A stretch of DNA of 64,000 bases from Nannocystis bainbridge (GCF_028368995.1 NZ_JAQNDL010000003.1:1568001-1632000); one strand, 5' to 3'. Shown: positions 41,441-51,253, counted from the stretch's first letter. The notes: generated by a model not told the origin, from the letters alone. Numbers and translations are program-made.

Positions 41441-42541
41441 TCAGCCCGATGCTTCCAGCAGCTGCCGACCGAGCGCCTCCGGACAGCGCCACAGATCGGC
41501 CACCGGCTCATACGGACACACCGTCGTGCGCGCGCCCGATCGCGGCGCGGCTGGCGGCGCATCGTCCGCCGCGATGTCCGTGAGCCTGGTGGTCTCGCGC
41601 AGCTGCAGGTCCGCGTGCCCGTCGCCGTCGACATCGCGGGCCAGCCACACCGTCTCCGCCGTCGACTCGCTGCCGCCGACATCCTCCGCGCGCATCGCAT
41701 ACCGACGCGTCGCCGAGAACTGCACGTGCATGTCGGCCACCTCGAGGATGAACCCGACCTCCCCGCTCTCGTGGTCCATCGCCTGATCGTGCTGCGGCCG
41801 CTCGACCGGCACGATCACCGTCAGCTCCGAGCGCCCGTCGCCGTCGATGTCGTACGCCTTGAACTTGTGCGGCACGTCGTCGACCCGCAGCGAAGTCTCG
41901 AACAGCCGCCTCCGCCCCAGCACCGCCCCGTCACGCACCCGCGCGACCTCCCACGCGAACACCTCGCGCCCGGCTGCCGACCACATCACGTGCCGATCGG
42001 CGATGACCCCTTCAAGGCACACGCTGAGCTCCCCCGGGGTCGCTTCACACGCGTCCACCTGCGCCTCCAACCCCGCCAGCGCGGCCTCGAGCCGGCCCGC
42101 TCGCCGCTCCTGCGCCCGCCAGGCCCGCGCGCCGTACCAGCGCAGCAGCACCAGCTCCTCGCGCCCGACGGCCCGCCGCTCGACGACCTCGACCACCTCC
42201 GCGTCCTCACCCGCGAGCACCCGCGCGAGCACCTCGAGCTCGGCCGTATTCGTCGTCGTCACCCCATGCTTCGCCGCTTCGACCTTCGTCGTCTCGGGTC
42301 CAACTACCTTCCCCGCTTCAACCTTCGTCCCCGGTCCAACATCCTTCGCGGCTTCAGCCTCCGCCTCCGCGACCTTCCCCATCACCTTGTCCGTCGCCAC
42401 CACCGCGACCTCCTTCGTCGGCGGAGCCACGACCTCGACCACAGGCCCGCCGGCCTCGGCATCACTCCCGCGACCGGTGCAGCCCATCGCACCGCCCAGC
42501 GCGACGATCGACAGGAGCGCGCGCAGCCTCGAGATCGACAT
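41441..42541 (-). CDS. Hypothetical lipoprotein with FG-GAP/DxDGDG-like motifs
   Basis: Lipobox AMGC; repetitive KVEA linker; YDIDGDGRSEL and RDVDGDGHADL. Confidence 0.65.
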   Translation of the reverse strand: MSISRLRALLSIVALGGAMGCTGRGSDAEAGGPVVEVVAPPTKEVAVVATDKVMGKVAEAEAEAAKDVGPGTKVEAGKVVGPETTKVEAAKHGVTTTNTAELEVLARVLAGEDAEVVEVVERRAVGREELVLLRWYGARAWRAQERRAGRLEAALAGLEAQVDACEATPGELSVCLEGVIADRHVMWSAAGREVFAWEVARVRDGAVLGRRRLFETSLRVDDVPHKFKAYDIDGDGRSELTVIVPVERPQHDQAMDHESGEVGFILEVADMHVQFSATRRYAMRAEDVGGSESTAETVWLARDVDGDGHADLQLRETTRLTDIAADDAPPAAPRSGARTTVCPYEPVADLWRCPEALGRQLLEASG

Positions 42542-42589
42542 GCGGCCAGTCAGCCACGTTCGCCCCCGCCGCGTCAACCGTGCCTCGCC

Positions 42590-44791
42590 TCATGGACTCG
42601 CATCACCGATTCGCAACTCCATCAGATGTTCGTCCCGCCAGCGGGCGACCACTTTGACTCCCCCCTCCTTCCACGTCACCGACGAAGCTCCGGTCTTCTC
42701 CGGATGTTTCACGGTTGCGGGGTGCCCGACAGCCTGCGACAGAATCCTGTCCGCTGGCCACGACGGTGAGTGCAGCGCCCGCCGCCCGACCGGGCCGACG
42801 GCGTAGATTCCGTCACAGTTGCCCGCTGCATCGAAACTGAAGAAGACCTCGGATCCCTCGAGCAAGGCGACCGAGAGCTTCTTGCTTCGCGAATGCAGCG
42901 GGGGGAACAGCGCGCGCAAGGTCGCCTCGTCGGCACCGATCGCAGCAACCTTGGCGTGTTCGTCGTTCACCCAGGTCTTCGCTTCCTTCGCCAGCGCCTG
43001 CAGCTCCTCGTCGTCCTTCAAGACAGCAAGCGTCTGTTCGGCCAGGGTTCCGACCTGCCCGAGCGCTTGAAGTCGCTCACCGGAGGCTTCTGCACCCAGC
43101 TCGCGGCGCACGAGCACATCGACGATCTTCCCTTTTGCCCGCTCGACTGCGGCGGCCCTCGCGGTGCTCCCCTGCGCAGCGTTGGCAGCCCTGGCGATCG
43201 TCAAACGACAGGGCTCGTCGGTGCACTGGCTGCTCCGCGAATCAATCGCGCGTGCCCGCTCCTCCGCGAGCTCTGGATCGCCGCGCCAGCTCTCGGCAAA
43301 CCACCGATCGATCGCGCCTTCGGCGTCCGTCGCATGACCATCCGCCACGAGCCTGCGGATCTCCGTCAGGCGCTCGGCTCGCGCGATCGTGGCCGCCGTC
43401 GCGGAGCGTTCCCTCCCGTGAGCAGCGATCTGATCCAGTCGCTTGAGCCGCTCCTCCCCCGCGGCCTCGTTCGCCTCGGCCAAAAGGATGGTGTCCTCGG
43501 CCTCGACGAAGGTCTGGTCGCTCGTCTCGCGCAGCGCCGCCAGCACCACGCGGGCCCGTCGTGTATCGCCGACGGCGAGCGCCTGATCGATCTCTTCGGC
43601 GGAGGGGCGAGCCACCACCCCGACGATGGCCATTGCCAGCAACGCGGCCGCCCAGAGCCCGAGGCACACCTGCTCGACTCGCTTCAGCCCCTTGAATCCC
43701 TTGCCGGTGCCCCATATTCGGAGGACTCCGCCTATCCATAATACCGCCAGCACCGTCGCCCCGAGCCATAACAGGCTCGTCGCACCGGCGGCATCTTTGA
43801 AGTACTCCGAGCGCCCGGTCGTGGAGCTCGGCATTGCGCTGCATACACTGACGAAGAGGGCGAGGATCGGCCACACGAAGAGCCGGCGACGAATCGGTCG
43901 CTTGGCTTCGGGCGTGCTGGCACCGACGAGCTGGTGGCCGGAGAGTACGAGCACGCCCGAGGTGCCGCACATGGCGTAAGATACGTCTCGTCGCGGCACC
44001 CGCAGCTGGATATAGTGCTGCTGCGCGACCCGCTCGAGGCGCGGGTCGACCCCCGCCGTCGCCCCCTGGACCGCCGAACGGCCATCCAGCTCCAGATCCG
44101 CGAGCGGCAAGGGGCCGGGAGCTTTCCGGTCGACGGCCACCGTGAACGCGGCGACGTCGTTCTCCCTCAGCAATCGAGGTTCGGTGAGCTGGCGATGAGC
44201 CAACGCGACGGGGGACTGAGGCTGGACCACGACGCTCACGCGTCTGGTCTCCACGAACGTGAGCCACGCCCGCTGATGGCCCGAGCCGTTGCAAGTCGTG
44301 CACGGAACGTTGCCGCGTCCCGCACAATTTCCACAACTGGCCTGCCCCGTTCCCTTGCACTGCTTGCACTTGTTGAGGCGGTTCGTGCTCGGGTTGCGGA
44401 ACCGCCCGGCGCCGCCACAGTTCGAACAGGAGACGCTCGCGCGGCCGCTGCACACCGAACAAGAGGCGGTGCCGGAGGCTCGACAGATCATGCAGCGCAC
44501 CACATGGGTCGTGCGTGCCTTCAAATCCTGAGCCGGGTAGGCGAACGGATCGAGCCGGGCGGGATCGACGCTCGGCTGCGTCACACCACGTTCGCTCGTC
44601 GTCGTGCGCTCTTCCCGAAGATCTCGGCGAATGATCTCGGTCAGCACCCGGTGGAGCACCTCGTCTTTGTTCTCGACCCCCGAGATCAACGATGCGAGCG
44701 CTCGCGGAGCGCCGAACACACTCCGAGCCCAAAGGTTGGCCGCTTCTGCGACATCGGGAGTGACAGGGGGGCTCGCGGGTCGGTCTACCAT
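42590..44791 (-). CDS. Membrane protein with a DnaJ-type CxxCxGxG zinc-finger array, three TM helices and a helical C-terminal region
   Basis: Six CxxC units between CMIC and CTTCNGSG; ATG overlaps the hxsA stop. Confidence 0.75.
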   Translation of the reverse strand: MVDRPASPPVTPDVAEAANLWARSVFGAPRALASLISGVENKDEVLHRVLTEIIRRDLREERTTTSERGVTQPSVDPARLDPFAYPAQDLKARTTHVVRCMICRASGTASCSVCSGRASVSCSNCGGAGRFRNPSTNRLNKCKQCKGTGQASCGNCAGRGNVPCTTCNGSGHQRAWLTFVETRRVSVVVQPQSPVALAHRQLTEPRLLRENDVAAFTVAVDRKAPGPLPLADLELDGRSAVQGATAGVDPRLERVAQQHYIQLRVPRRDVSYAMCGTSGVLVLSGHQLVGASTPEAKRPIRRRLFVWPILALFVSVCSAMPSSTTGRSEYFKDAAGATSLLWLGATVLAVLWIGGVLRIWGTGKGFKGLKRVEQVCLGLWAAALLAMAIVGVVARPSAEEIDQALAVGDTRRARVVLAALRETSDQTFVEAEDTILLAEANEAAGEERLKRLDQIAAHGRERSATAATIARAERLTEIRRLVADGHATDAEGAIDRWFAESWRGDPELAEERARAIDSRSSQCTDEPCRLTIARAANAAQGSTARAAAVERAKGKIVDVLVRRELGAEASGERLQALGQVGTLAEQTLAVLKDDEELQALAKEAKTWVNDEHAKVAAIGADEATLRALFPPLHSRSKKLSVALLEGSEVFFSFDAAGNCDGIYAVGPVGRRALHSPSWPADRILSQAVGHPATVKHPEKTGASSVTWKEGGVKVVARWRDEHLMELRIGDASP

Positions 44792-45438
44792 TCGATCTTC
44801 ACCGTGCCGGTCTGGCCATCGAGGATCTCGATCGTGACCTCATGATCACCGAGAAACCGGTTCTGAACGCGTACCGTATGAGAGCCGGGTTTCAGCACGT
44901 GCTTGCCCGTCGCGTCAGTCCCCAGCTCCTTGCCATCAACGAAGATCTTTCCGCCCGGGAAGGCCTCGAACGACACGTTTGCCGGCTTGGGCGGCTTCGG
45001 CTTGACGGGCTTCGGCGCCGGCTCCGGCGGCGGATGGACGGCCTTGCTCCCTCCGTGGCCGCTGCTGCTGCTGCTGCTTCCGCTGCTGCTGCCGCCGCTG
45101 CTGCTGCTGCTGCTGCTGCCGCCGCCCCCACCACCGCCGTAGCCGGAGGAGGGAGGCATCGCCGACATGTGCGAGGCGTGCGATCGATGGTACGAGCCGG
45201 ACGAGTGGCTGCTGTGGGAACGATGCGACGAATGAGACCGATGCGATCGATGTGCCAGGAGCGGCAGCTCGACGTCGGAGGGCGCCAGGAGCAGCGCCGG
45301 CGCGAGCTCTTCCTCCGGATCTTCCGTCCGCTTGCCGATCCGCGCCGCAGCGTCGGGGACGAGCAGGCCAGTCCCGGCTGCAGCCCCGAGCACGGCGAGA
45401 AGCGCGGCACCCAACGTCTTCAGTTTCCCCGATGCCAT
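44785..45438 (-). CDS. hxsA: His-Xaa-Ser repeat precursor protein with signal peptide, Gly/Ser linker and C-terminal PEGA-like domain
   Basis: HRSHRSHSSHRSHSSHSSGSYHRSHASHMS (nine HxS triplets); GKIFVDGKELGT...LKPGSHTVRV. Confidence 0.85.
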   Translation of the reverse strand: MASGKLKTLGAALLAVLGAAAGTGLLVPDAAARIGKRTEDPEEELAPALLLAPSDVELPLLAHRSHRSHSSHRSHSSHSSGSYHRSHASHMSAMPPSSGYGGGGGGGSSSSSSSGGSSSGSSSSSSGHGGSKAVHPPPEPAPKPVKPKPPKPANVSFEAFPGGKIFVDGKELGTDATGKHVLKPGSHTVRVQNRFLGDHEVTIEILDGQTGTVKIEW

Positions 45439-45441
45439 GCC

Positions 45442-46638
45442 TCAATCCTCCCTCTGTGCGACCATCGGTCCGCTCTGCTCCGCGATTGCGAACGGAGCGA
45501 TCCCGCGGCTCCGCCGCACCACCGATGAAGCGAAGAACCCTCCGCACCGGGCTCGCGCCTCACATCGGGCGCACTCTTCGAGATATAGGTTCTTCCAGTC
45601 CGAGATCGACGCTCGTGCGAATCGGTGCAAGACCGGGTCCAGGACGCAGAGCTGATGGTTGTAAATGGACACGTGCATCCGCGCCCTGTCGAGGATCTCT
45701 ACCGCCTCGGCCAGCTCGCGCTGGTAATCCAGCGGATCGATCCATATTGCGTCGAGGTTGGAGCGAGCAAACCCCATGAGCTCGAGGCCCATCAGCGCGA
45801 CGTGGTCGACGAACAGGAGGTTCCTCGCCACGAAACGGGCGAAGGCCGGGAGCCTCTCGACCGTGTCGCGCTGGACGACGAAGCGTAGCTCGACGCGCAC
45901 CCGGTGCCGCTTGAGGTTCAAGATCCCTCGGATCGTCTGATCGAACGCGCCTCGGGCCTGGACCACGAAGTCGTGGACCTCGGGTAGATCGCCGTACAGC
46001 GGGATCCCCAGCATCAGATCTGGATGGCCGACCTTCGCCAACGCGAGGGCGAACTTCTCGTCCGCGAAGGCACGTCCGTTCGAGAGGATGTGGAGCGCCG
46101 TTCGTGGCAAGAACCGACGAAATCGATCCACCAGGTCCACCAGACGACTCCCGAGGAGGCCAGGCTCACCGCCGGTGATCCCGATCTCGGGCGTCTCCGG
46201 CGACATCATCGGGATGATCTCGAACAGCTCGTCGACCAGCCAGCCGTCGTCGCGCTCCTTCGGCGGTTGCGAGCACATGACGCAGTAGTTGTCGCATCGC
46301 TCGGTGACGAGCATGGAGTTGAAGGCCGAAGAGCGCCGGTACAGCACCGTCAACCCACTACGCTCGGGATGAATCCGGATGATGTCGCCGTCACCGAGGA
46401 AAGGAAATTCGGCGCCGATGAAGAAGACATTCGGCTGCCGGGCAACGCCTGTCTCGCTCCGCGTCAAGTAGGCTCGAAAACCGCCGGGGAGCTCGCATGG
46501 ACCCTCGACGAGCAAGATTTCACGAGAACGTGCGGCTGCAGGGAGCGCCGGGTTGGTGCATACGCGCCCGAGGAACGGCTCGGGCGACCGCTCGGGCGAC
46601 AGAGCGCGAAGGCTTCGTCCGTGGAGCTTGATCAGCAT
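45442..46638 (-). CDS. hxsC: His-Xaa-Ser system radical SAM maturase
   Basis: LVTERCDNYCVMCSQPP, GITGGEP, ILSNGR, SIYNHQLC, SISDWKN, CGGFF. Confidence 0.9.
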   Translation of the reverse strand: MLIKLHGRSLRALSPERSPEPFLGRVCTNPALPAAARSREILLVEGPCELPGGFRAYLTRSETGVARQPNVFFIGAEFPFLGDGDIIRIHPERSGLTVLYRRSSAFNSMLVTERCDNYCVMCSQPPKERDDGWLVDELFEIIPMMSPETPEIGITGGEPGLLGSRLVDLVDRFRRFLPRTALHILSNGRAFADEKFALALAKVGHPDLMLGIPLYGDLPEVHDFVVQARGAFDQTIRGILNLKRHRVRVELRFVVQRDTVERLPAFARFVARNLLFVDHVALMGLELMGFARSNLDAIWIDPLDYQRELAEAVEILDRARMHVSIYNHQLCVLDPVLHRFARASISDWKNLYLEECARCEARARCGGFFASSVVRRSRGIAPFAIAEQSGPMVAQRED

Positions 46639-46642
46639 GGGT

Positions 46643-48103
46643 TCAGATCCAGCTCTGCAGGACTCGGCGGGCGGACGCGTCGTCCTCCATGAGGGCGATC
46701 AGGTGGCGGAGCACGGCCATCTGCTTTTTACAGAAGGACGAGAACGCCTTGTGGCCGATCACGTCTCCCTGCGTCGCCTTGTGAAAGACGGGGTCAGACC
46801 CGCAGTAGGGCATGAAGGCACAGTCGCTGCACATCGGCAGGCCCTCGAGCATCGAATCCTTCAACAGGTCGACGAGGGTATCGCTCGTCATGACCTCCTC
46901 GAAGGAGTCCTCGTCGAGATGCCCGAGTCTGAAGGTGTGATCGCCCATCTCCGCGAGCATTCTCCCCTCGTCGGAGGCATAGATCGCCCCATCATAGTTG
47001 TAGATGATGCCCGCGATCCCGAGCCCCGCCGGCGATTGCAAGTCGACGTAGCCGTTGCCGACAGGCGCGAACATCTTCTGCAGCAGGATGGCCGCGAATT
47101 CCTCGCGCATGGGATAGCCGCTGAGGTTGAGGTCGATGATATGCCGGAGCCCTTCGACGTAGAACTTCACCCAGTCGTCCACGTCGTAGCGGCGGACCAG
47201 ACTCGTGCGCACCGCGAAACCGTAAGGGCTCAGGCTGCGCAGGAATATCGAGTGAAAGCCCTGCTTGACGTACTCGTCGACGATCTCCCGCACCCGCGGC
47301 AGGCTCCCGGGCGAGGTCGTCATCAGGGCTGCTACCGCGTCAGGCCCGAGCGCTTCTCGGATGCGCTGGATCCCGTCGACCGCGGCGCGGTAGCTGCTAC
47401 CTCGCGGCAAAGCCCGGCGCTCGTCGTGCAGATCCGCGGGACCGTCGAGGGACGTCGAGAAGTAGATCCGGTGCCCCTTGCAGAAATCCAGGATCTCGTC
47501 GTTCAAGCGGGTCAGGTTCGAGGCGATGACGAACACGAGGTCGCGTCCGTGCTCCCGATTGAGGGACTCGGCCCGAAGTACGACGTGGCGGATCAAGTCG
47601 AAGTTGAGCAGGGGCTCTCCGCCTTGAAACTCGATCTTGATCGCGGGCGAGGGGCTGCGGAACACGAACTCGACTGCCCGGTCGGCGTGAGCCTGGCTCA
47701 TGTCGAAGCGGCTCTTCTCCTCCATCTGGCGCGAGACCTGGCAGTAGCTGCAGGTGTGGTCGCAGCGCAGCGTGACCACGAACATGTGCAGCGCCGTGAA
47801 GTCGGCGATCCGATCCGCCCGGCTTCGGTACTTGAGCGCGAGCAGATCGAGCGCGACCCTGGATTCGCCGTCGAACAGGAAGTGTCGGCTCTTGAGGTCG
47901 GCGTACAGCGGTGTGCCCGGCTGCAGTTCGTGCCGGAGCAGCGCCTGCAGCGCGGGCCGCTCCAGGACGACGTACTCCCCCACGTCGTTGGTGATCACGT
48001 AACGCCTGTCGTCGAGCCGAGAAAATCTGGCCGGCAGCAGCCGATAGGGGCCGCTCGGCGCGAAGGCGGAACGATCGCGGAAAGTGTCGGCGAGCTGGTT
48101 CAT
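46643..48103 (-). CDS. hxsB: His-Xaa-Ser system radical SAM/SPASM maturase
   Basis: ATG 48103 (TGATG overlap); LHMFVVTLRCDHTCSYCQVSR, KIEFQGGEPLLNF, YVDLQSPAG, YASDEGRMLAE, CSDCAFMPYCGSDP. Confidence 0.92.
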   Translation of the reverse strand: MNQLADTFRDRSAFAPSGPYRLLPARFSRLDDRRYVITNDVGEYVVLERPALQALLRHELQPGTPLYADLKSRHFLFDGESRVALDLLALKYRSRADRIADFTALHMFVVTLRCDHTCSYCQVSRQMEEKSRFDMSQAHADRAVEFVFRSPSPAIKIEFQGGEPLLNFDLIRHVVLRAESLNREHGRDLVFVIASNLTRLNDEILDFCKGHRIYFSTSLDGPADLHDERRALPRGSSYRAAVDGIQRIREALGPDAVAALMTTSPGSLPRVREIVDEYVKQGFHSIFLRSLSPYGFAVRTSLVRRYDVDDWVKFYVEGLRHIIDLNLSGYPMREEFAAILLQKMFAPVGNGYVDLQSPAGLGIAGIIYNYDGAIYASDEGRMLAEMGDHTFRLGHLDEDSFEEVMTSDTLVDLLKDSMLEGLPMCSDCAFMPYCGSDPVFHKATQGDVIGHKAFSSFCKKQMAVLRHLIALMEDDASARRVLQSWI

Positions 48104-48414
48104 CAGCGCTGCAGCAGGTCGGTGCGCGAGAACGCGTGCGCCAGGATCAGGGACCGCAACGCGTCCGTCTCCTCGTGAAGCTGAGCGCGAAGCTCCTCGT
48201 CGAGCAACTCTTGGTAGAAGACTCGGACGGCCTCCGCAGCGGCGGTATCGCTCGTCCGCGGCGGAAACGTGAAGCGCAGGATCGGCTCGTCCGAGTCCGA
48301 TGGTTCGAGGCGGACCGTGCACCGCTCCGCTACCCGATAGGCGGCCTTCTTGATCGCCGCTGGCCTGTATGTCTGTACGTCGATCCTCGTGTCGAACCTG
48401 TCATCGGCCGTCAT
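48103..48414 (-). CDS. hxsD: His-Xaa-Ser system protein
   Basis: IDVQTYRPAAIKKAAY ... FYQELLDEELRAQLHEETDALRSLILAHAFS; first gene of the operon. Confidence 0.85.
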   Translation of the reverse strand: MTADDRFDTRIDVQTYRPAAIKKAAYRVAERCTVRLEPSDSDEPILRFTFPPRTSDTAAAEAVRVFYQELLDEELRAQLHEETDALRSLILAHAFSRTDLLQR

Positions 48415-48694
48415 GCCCGCTCCCAATACATGCGTCCCGCGACGCACTGGCTATGGCCCGAGGATAGAGGTTTCTTCGCCGATCTTCCAGCGCGCGCCAG
48501 GCGAGCATAGGTGGCACACAAACGCTGTTATCGAAGACAGTGGAAGTACGCTTCTCGGGTCGGATGAGCGTCAGCCTCGCCGGCTGGGTCTTCATCTGCG
48601 GAGATGATGCGGGTGGACACGTATGACACTTCCACCCGCCGGCTCGCGCATGGGCTCCCGCCTCGTGAGGCGCGAGCCCGCCGCTGCTGCCGTC

Positions 48695-50290
48695 TCACAG
48701 CGTCTTCAGGTACTCGATCACCGCCCGTCGCTCCTGCGCATCGAGGTGGTCACCGAACGGGTGCCCCGTGTTCCAGTGGCCCGTGATGGTCGTATCGTAC
48801 ACGTGCTTGCGTTCGTCGGCCGGCGCCCCGTCCTGGCCGTACGGCAGCTCGACCCATGGCCAGCCGACCGCCTCGGGGTCGTAGTTCGTGCTGTCGTAGT
48901 CTTCGCGGCGCCACCATTTCGGCCGGGCCTTGCTGTTCAGCACCAGCTCGATCGTCGGCACCGACGCATTGTGAAGGTACGGCGCGCTCGCCCAGATGCC
49001 GTCGAGCGGCGGCGCCACGTAGCCGACGAACGGGTCGCCGGTGGTGAGCTGGCCGACGTCGCCGTACCACGATGAATTGAACCAATCGGCGAACGGGCGC
49101 GCGTCGGCCTCGAAGGCCAGCAGCGGGTCGGTGCCGATCGTCGCCAGCGGCAGCAACATGTTCGGGTACGTCTCGAGCGCTGGATCGTCCGAATACGTGC
49201 CGTGGCAGCACGAGCAGTCGCGCACGAAGATCTCCTGGCCCTGGGCGGCCAGCTCCGCGTCGATCGCAAACGGGTACTTCGGCGCCTCGACCGACTCGAT
49301 GAACGCGCGGATGTTGTTGAAGTAGGAGAAGATGCCCTCCGCCTCCTCGACCGAATCGGTGCACAGGGCGCTGGCGTAGATCATCGTCGCCCGGTGGTCG
49401 CCGCGCGACATCCCGTTCCAGAACAGCCCGTGCTTCTTCTTGGTGTGCCACCACGGCGGCGTGTCGACCGGCAAGATGACCTCGGGCACCACCGTGTTCG
49501 GCTCGTCGAGCCACTCGAGCGTGTTGGCGTCATGGCGCGTCGAGAGCACCGCCGCCAGCGAGTCCGCCGGGTTGGTGCCGACCACCAGCATGCGCGTGTA
49601 GTCGCCGACGGCCTGGTAGCGCTGGGCCATGCGCGTCAGCTCCTCGAGCCCCGGGATCGGGATGCCGGGGATCGGGATCTCGGCCAGAAATCCGCCGATC
49701 TGCTCGGTGTAATCGGCGTCGGCCTTGCCGAGGCCGATGACCAGCTCGCCGTTGAATTTGCCGGCGTGACACTCGAGGCAATTGAGCGAGACGATCTCGG
49801 CGCCGCTGCTCTTCGAGGTGTGCACGGTCCAGTTGTAGGGCACCTGGGCGTTCTTGCCGGTGCGGCCGGGGAGCGACTCGCCCTCGCCGAACGACCCGAG
49901 GAGCGGGGCGGCCAGCGGAAACAAAACGAAGGGGATCCCGCACGAGACGTAGCCCTCGTTGAGGAGGGCGTGATAGCCCGCGGCGGCGTCGCCCTGGACC
50001 TGCTCGCTGCCGGGGATCGGGTAGCCCATAGCGCAGGCGGCCGGCGGCGGGTCGTCGCCGTCGGTGGTCGCCTCGCCGTGCGACGAGCCGGTCGTCGGCG
50101 GGTCGACCCCCGAATCACTGGCCTCGGTCGGGCCCGGGCCGGCGGTGTCCGCCGTCGTGCTCGCGCTGCCACCATTCGTGCCGTCGCTGCCGTCGCCGTC
50201 GCTGCCCTGGGCCGGCGGGTCGCCGTCGCCGCAGGCGGCCAGGGCCAGACATGTCGCTGCAATCCACGTTCTCTGCGTCATCGATGCCAT
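48695..50290 (-). CDS. RoxA-like di-haem c-type cytochrome lipoprotein
   Basis: ATG 50290 with GGAGGAGG RBS; lipobox LAAC; CLECH, CSCCH, DTPPWW, IGTDP, GYVAPPLDGIWASAPYLHNASVP, NTGH, IEYLKTL. Confidence 0.8.
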   Translation of the reverse strand: MASMTQRTWIAATCLALAACGDGDPPAQGSDGDGSDGTNGGSASTTADTAGPGPTEASDSGVDPPTTGSSHGEATTDGDDPPPAACAMGYPIPGSEQVQGDAAAGYHALLNEGYVSCGIPFVLFPLAAPLLGSFGEGESLPGRTGKNAQVPYNWTVHTSKSSGAEIVSLNCLECHAGKFNGELVIGLGKADADYTEQIGGFLAEIPIPGIPIPGLEELTRMAQRYQAVGDYTRMLVVGTNPADSLAAVLSTRHDANTLEWLDEPNTVVPEVILPVDTPPWWHTKKKHGLFWNGMSRGDHRATMIYASALCTDSVEEAEGIFSYFNNIRAFIESVEAPKYPFAIDAELAAQGQEIFVRDCSCCHGTYSDDPALETYPNMLLPLATIGTDPLLAFEADARPFADWFNSSWYGDVGQLTTGDPFVGYVAPPLDGIWASAPYLHNASVPTIELVLNSKARPKWWRREDYDSTNYDPEAVGWPWVELPYGQDGAPADERKHVYDTTITGHWNTGHPFGDHLDAQERRAVIEYLKTL

Positions 50291-50570
50291 CGCGTACTCC
50301 TCCTCCTGGACCGTCGCGCCGCCGCTCGCAGCGACGGCGGGCCCACCCGCTCGCCGGCGCTCCGCTGCGTACCTCGGTCCGGACCTCTGCGCCCCCGCGC
50401 CACGTCGCGCTCCCACGCCGCCACGGCGGGCGCCGGGCGCACGGGCCCGATTGCATGGAGCTGACGAGAACACTGTACATGGGCGGACTATCGTCATTCC
50501 GGCGCGCCGGAATGGGCATTGGGGGGCTCATGCCCCGAGCGCGTCGCCCGGGCGGGCGACGCCGCGAATG

Positions 50571-51194
50571 TCAGGCCTGGGCGGCTCGCAGGGCGCGGGA
50601 GATGTGCGCCCGCATCAGCGCGTGCAGCTCCTTGACGGGGATGTCGGGGTTGACGAGCCAGCGGTAGAGGAGGCCGTCGACGACGCTGGCGAACAGCTCG
50701 GCAGCGAGCCCCGGCGCGACGCCGGCCGCGATCTCGCCGTGGGCCTGGCCCTCCTCGATCCACCGGGTGAGGGCGCGGACGTGGGCCTTGTTCAGCTTGG
50801 CGACGTTGGCCCGGTATTCGGCGCTCGGATCGATGCTGGCGTAGCGCAGCAGGTACATCGCCCGCAGCCCCTGCGGCTCGTCGACGATGAATTTGTAGAG
50901 CGCGTCGGTGACCCGCTGCAGCGCAGCGACGCCGGTGGCGCGACCGACCACCCCCTGCACCCGTCGCAGCCACTCGGCGGCGATGCTGTCGTGCACGTGG
51001 GCCAGGAGCCCCGCCTTCGAGCCGAAGCGATGCGTGACCAGCCCGCGCGAATAACCCGAGCGCTCGCCGATGCCGGCGAGCGTGGTGCCGGCGATGCCTC
51101 GCTCCACCAGCAGGCTCACGGCGGCCTCCGTCATCAATTGCTCGGACATCGCAGTGCGCTCCTCCTGGGTCCGCCGTCTTGCCTCGGAAATCAT
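50571..51194 (-). CDS. TetR/AcrR family transcriptional regulator
   Basis: RRTQEERT...LLVERGIAGTTLAGIGERSGYSRGLVTHRFGSKAGLL. Confidence 0.92.
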   Translation of the reverse strand: MISEARRRTQEERTAMSEQLMTEAAVSLLVERGIAGTTLAGIGERSGYSRGLVTHRFGSKAGLLAHVHDSIAAEWLRRVQGVVGRATGVAALQRVTDALYKFIVDEPQGLRAMYLLRYASIDPSAEYRANVAKLNKAHVRALTRWIEEGQAHGEIAAGVAPGLAAELFASVVDGLLYRWLVNPDIPVKELHALMRAHISRALRAAQA

Positions 51195-51253
51195 CGAGCG
51201 TTTTTTCTCTTGTCAAAGGCGGGACTTGTCAAAGCCTTCGTCGCTCATCTCAC

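Noticed and set aside
45060-45140. (GCT)n/(GCC)n microsatellite as a phase-variation tract
   Set aside because: Triplet repeats encoding the Ser/Gly linker of HxsA; length changes would not shift the frame
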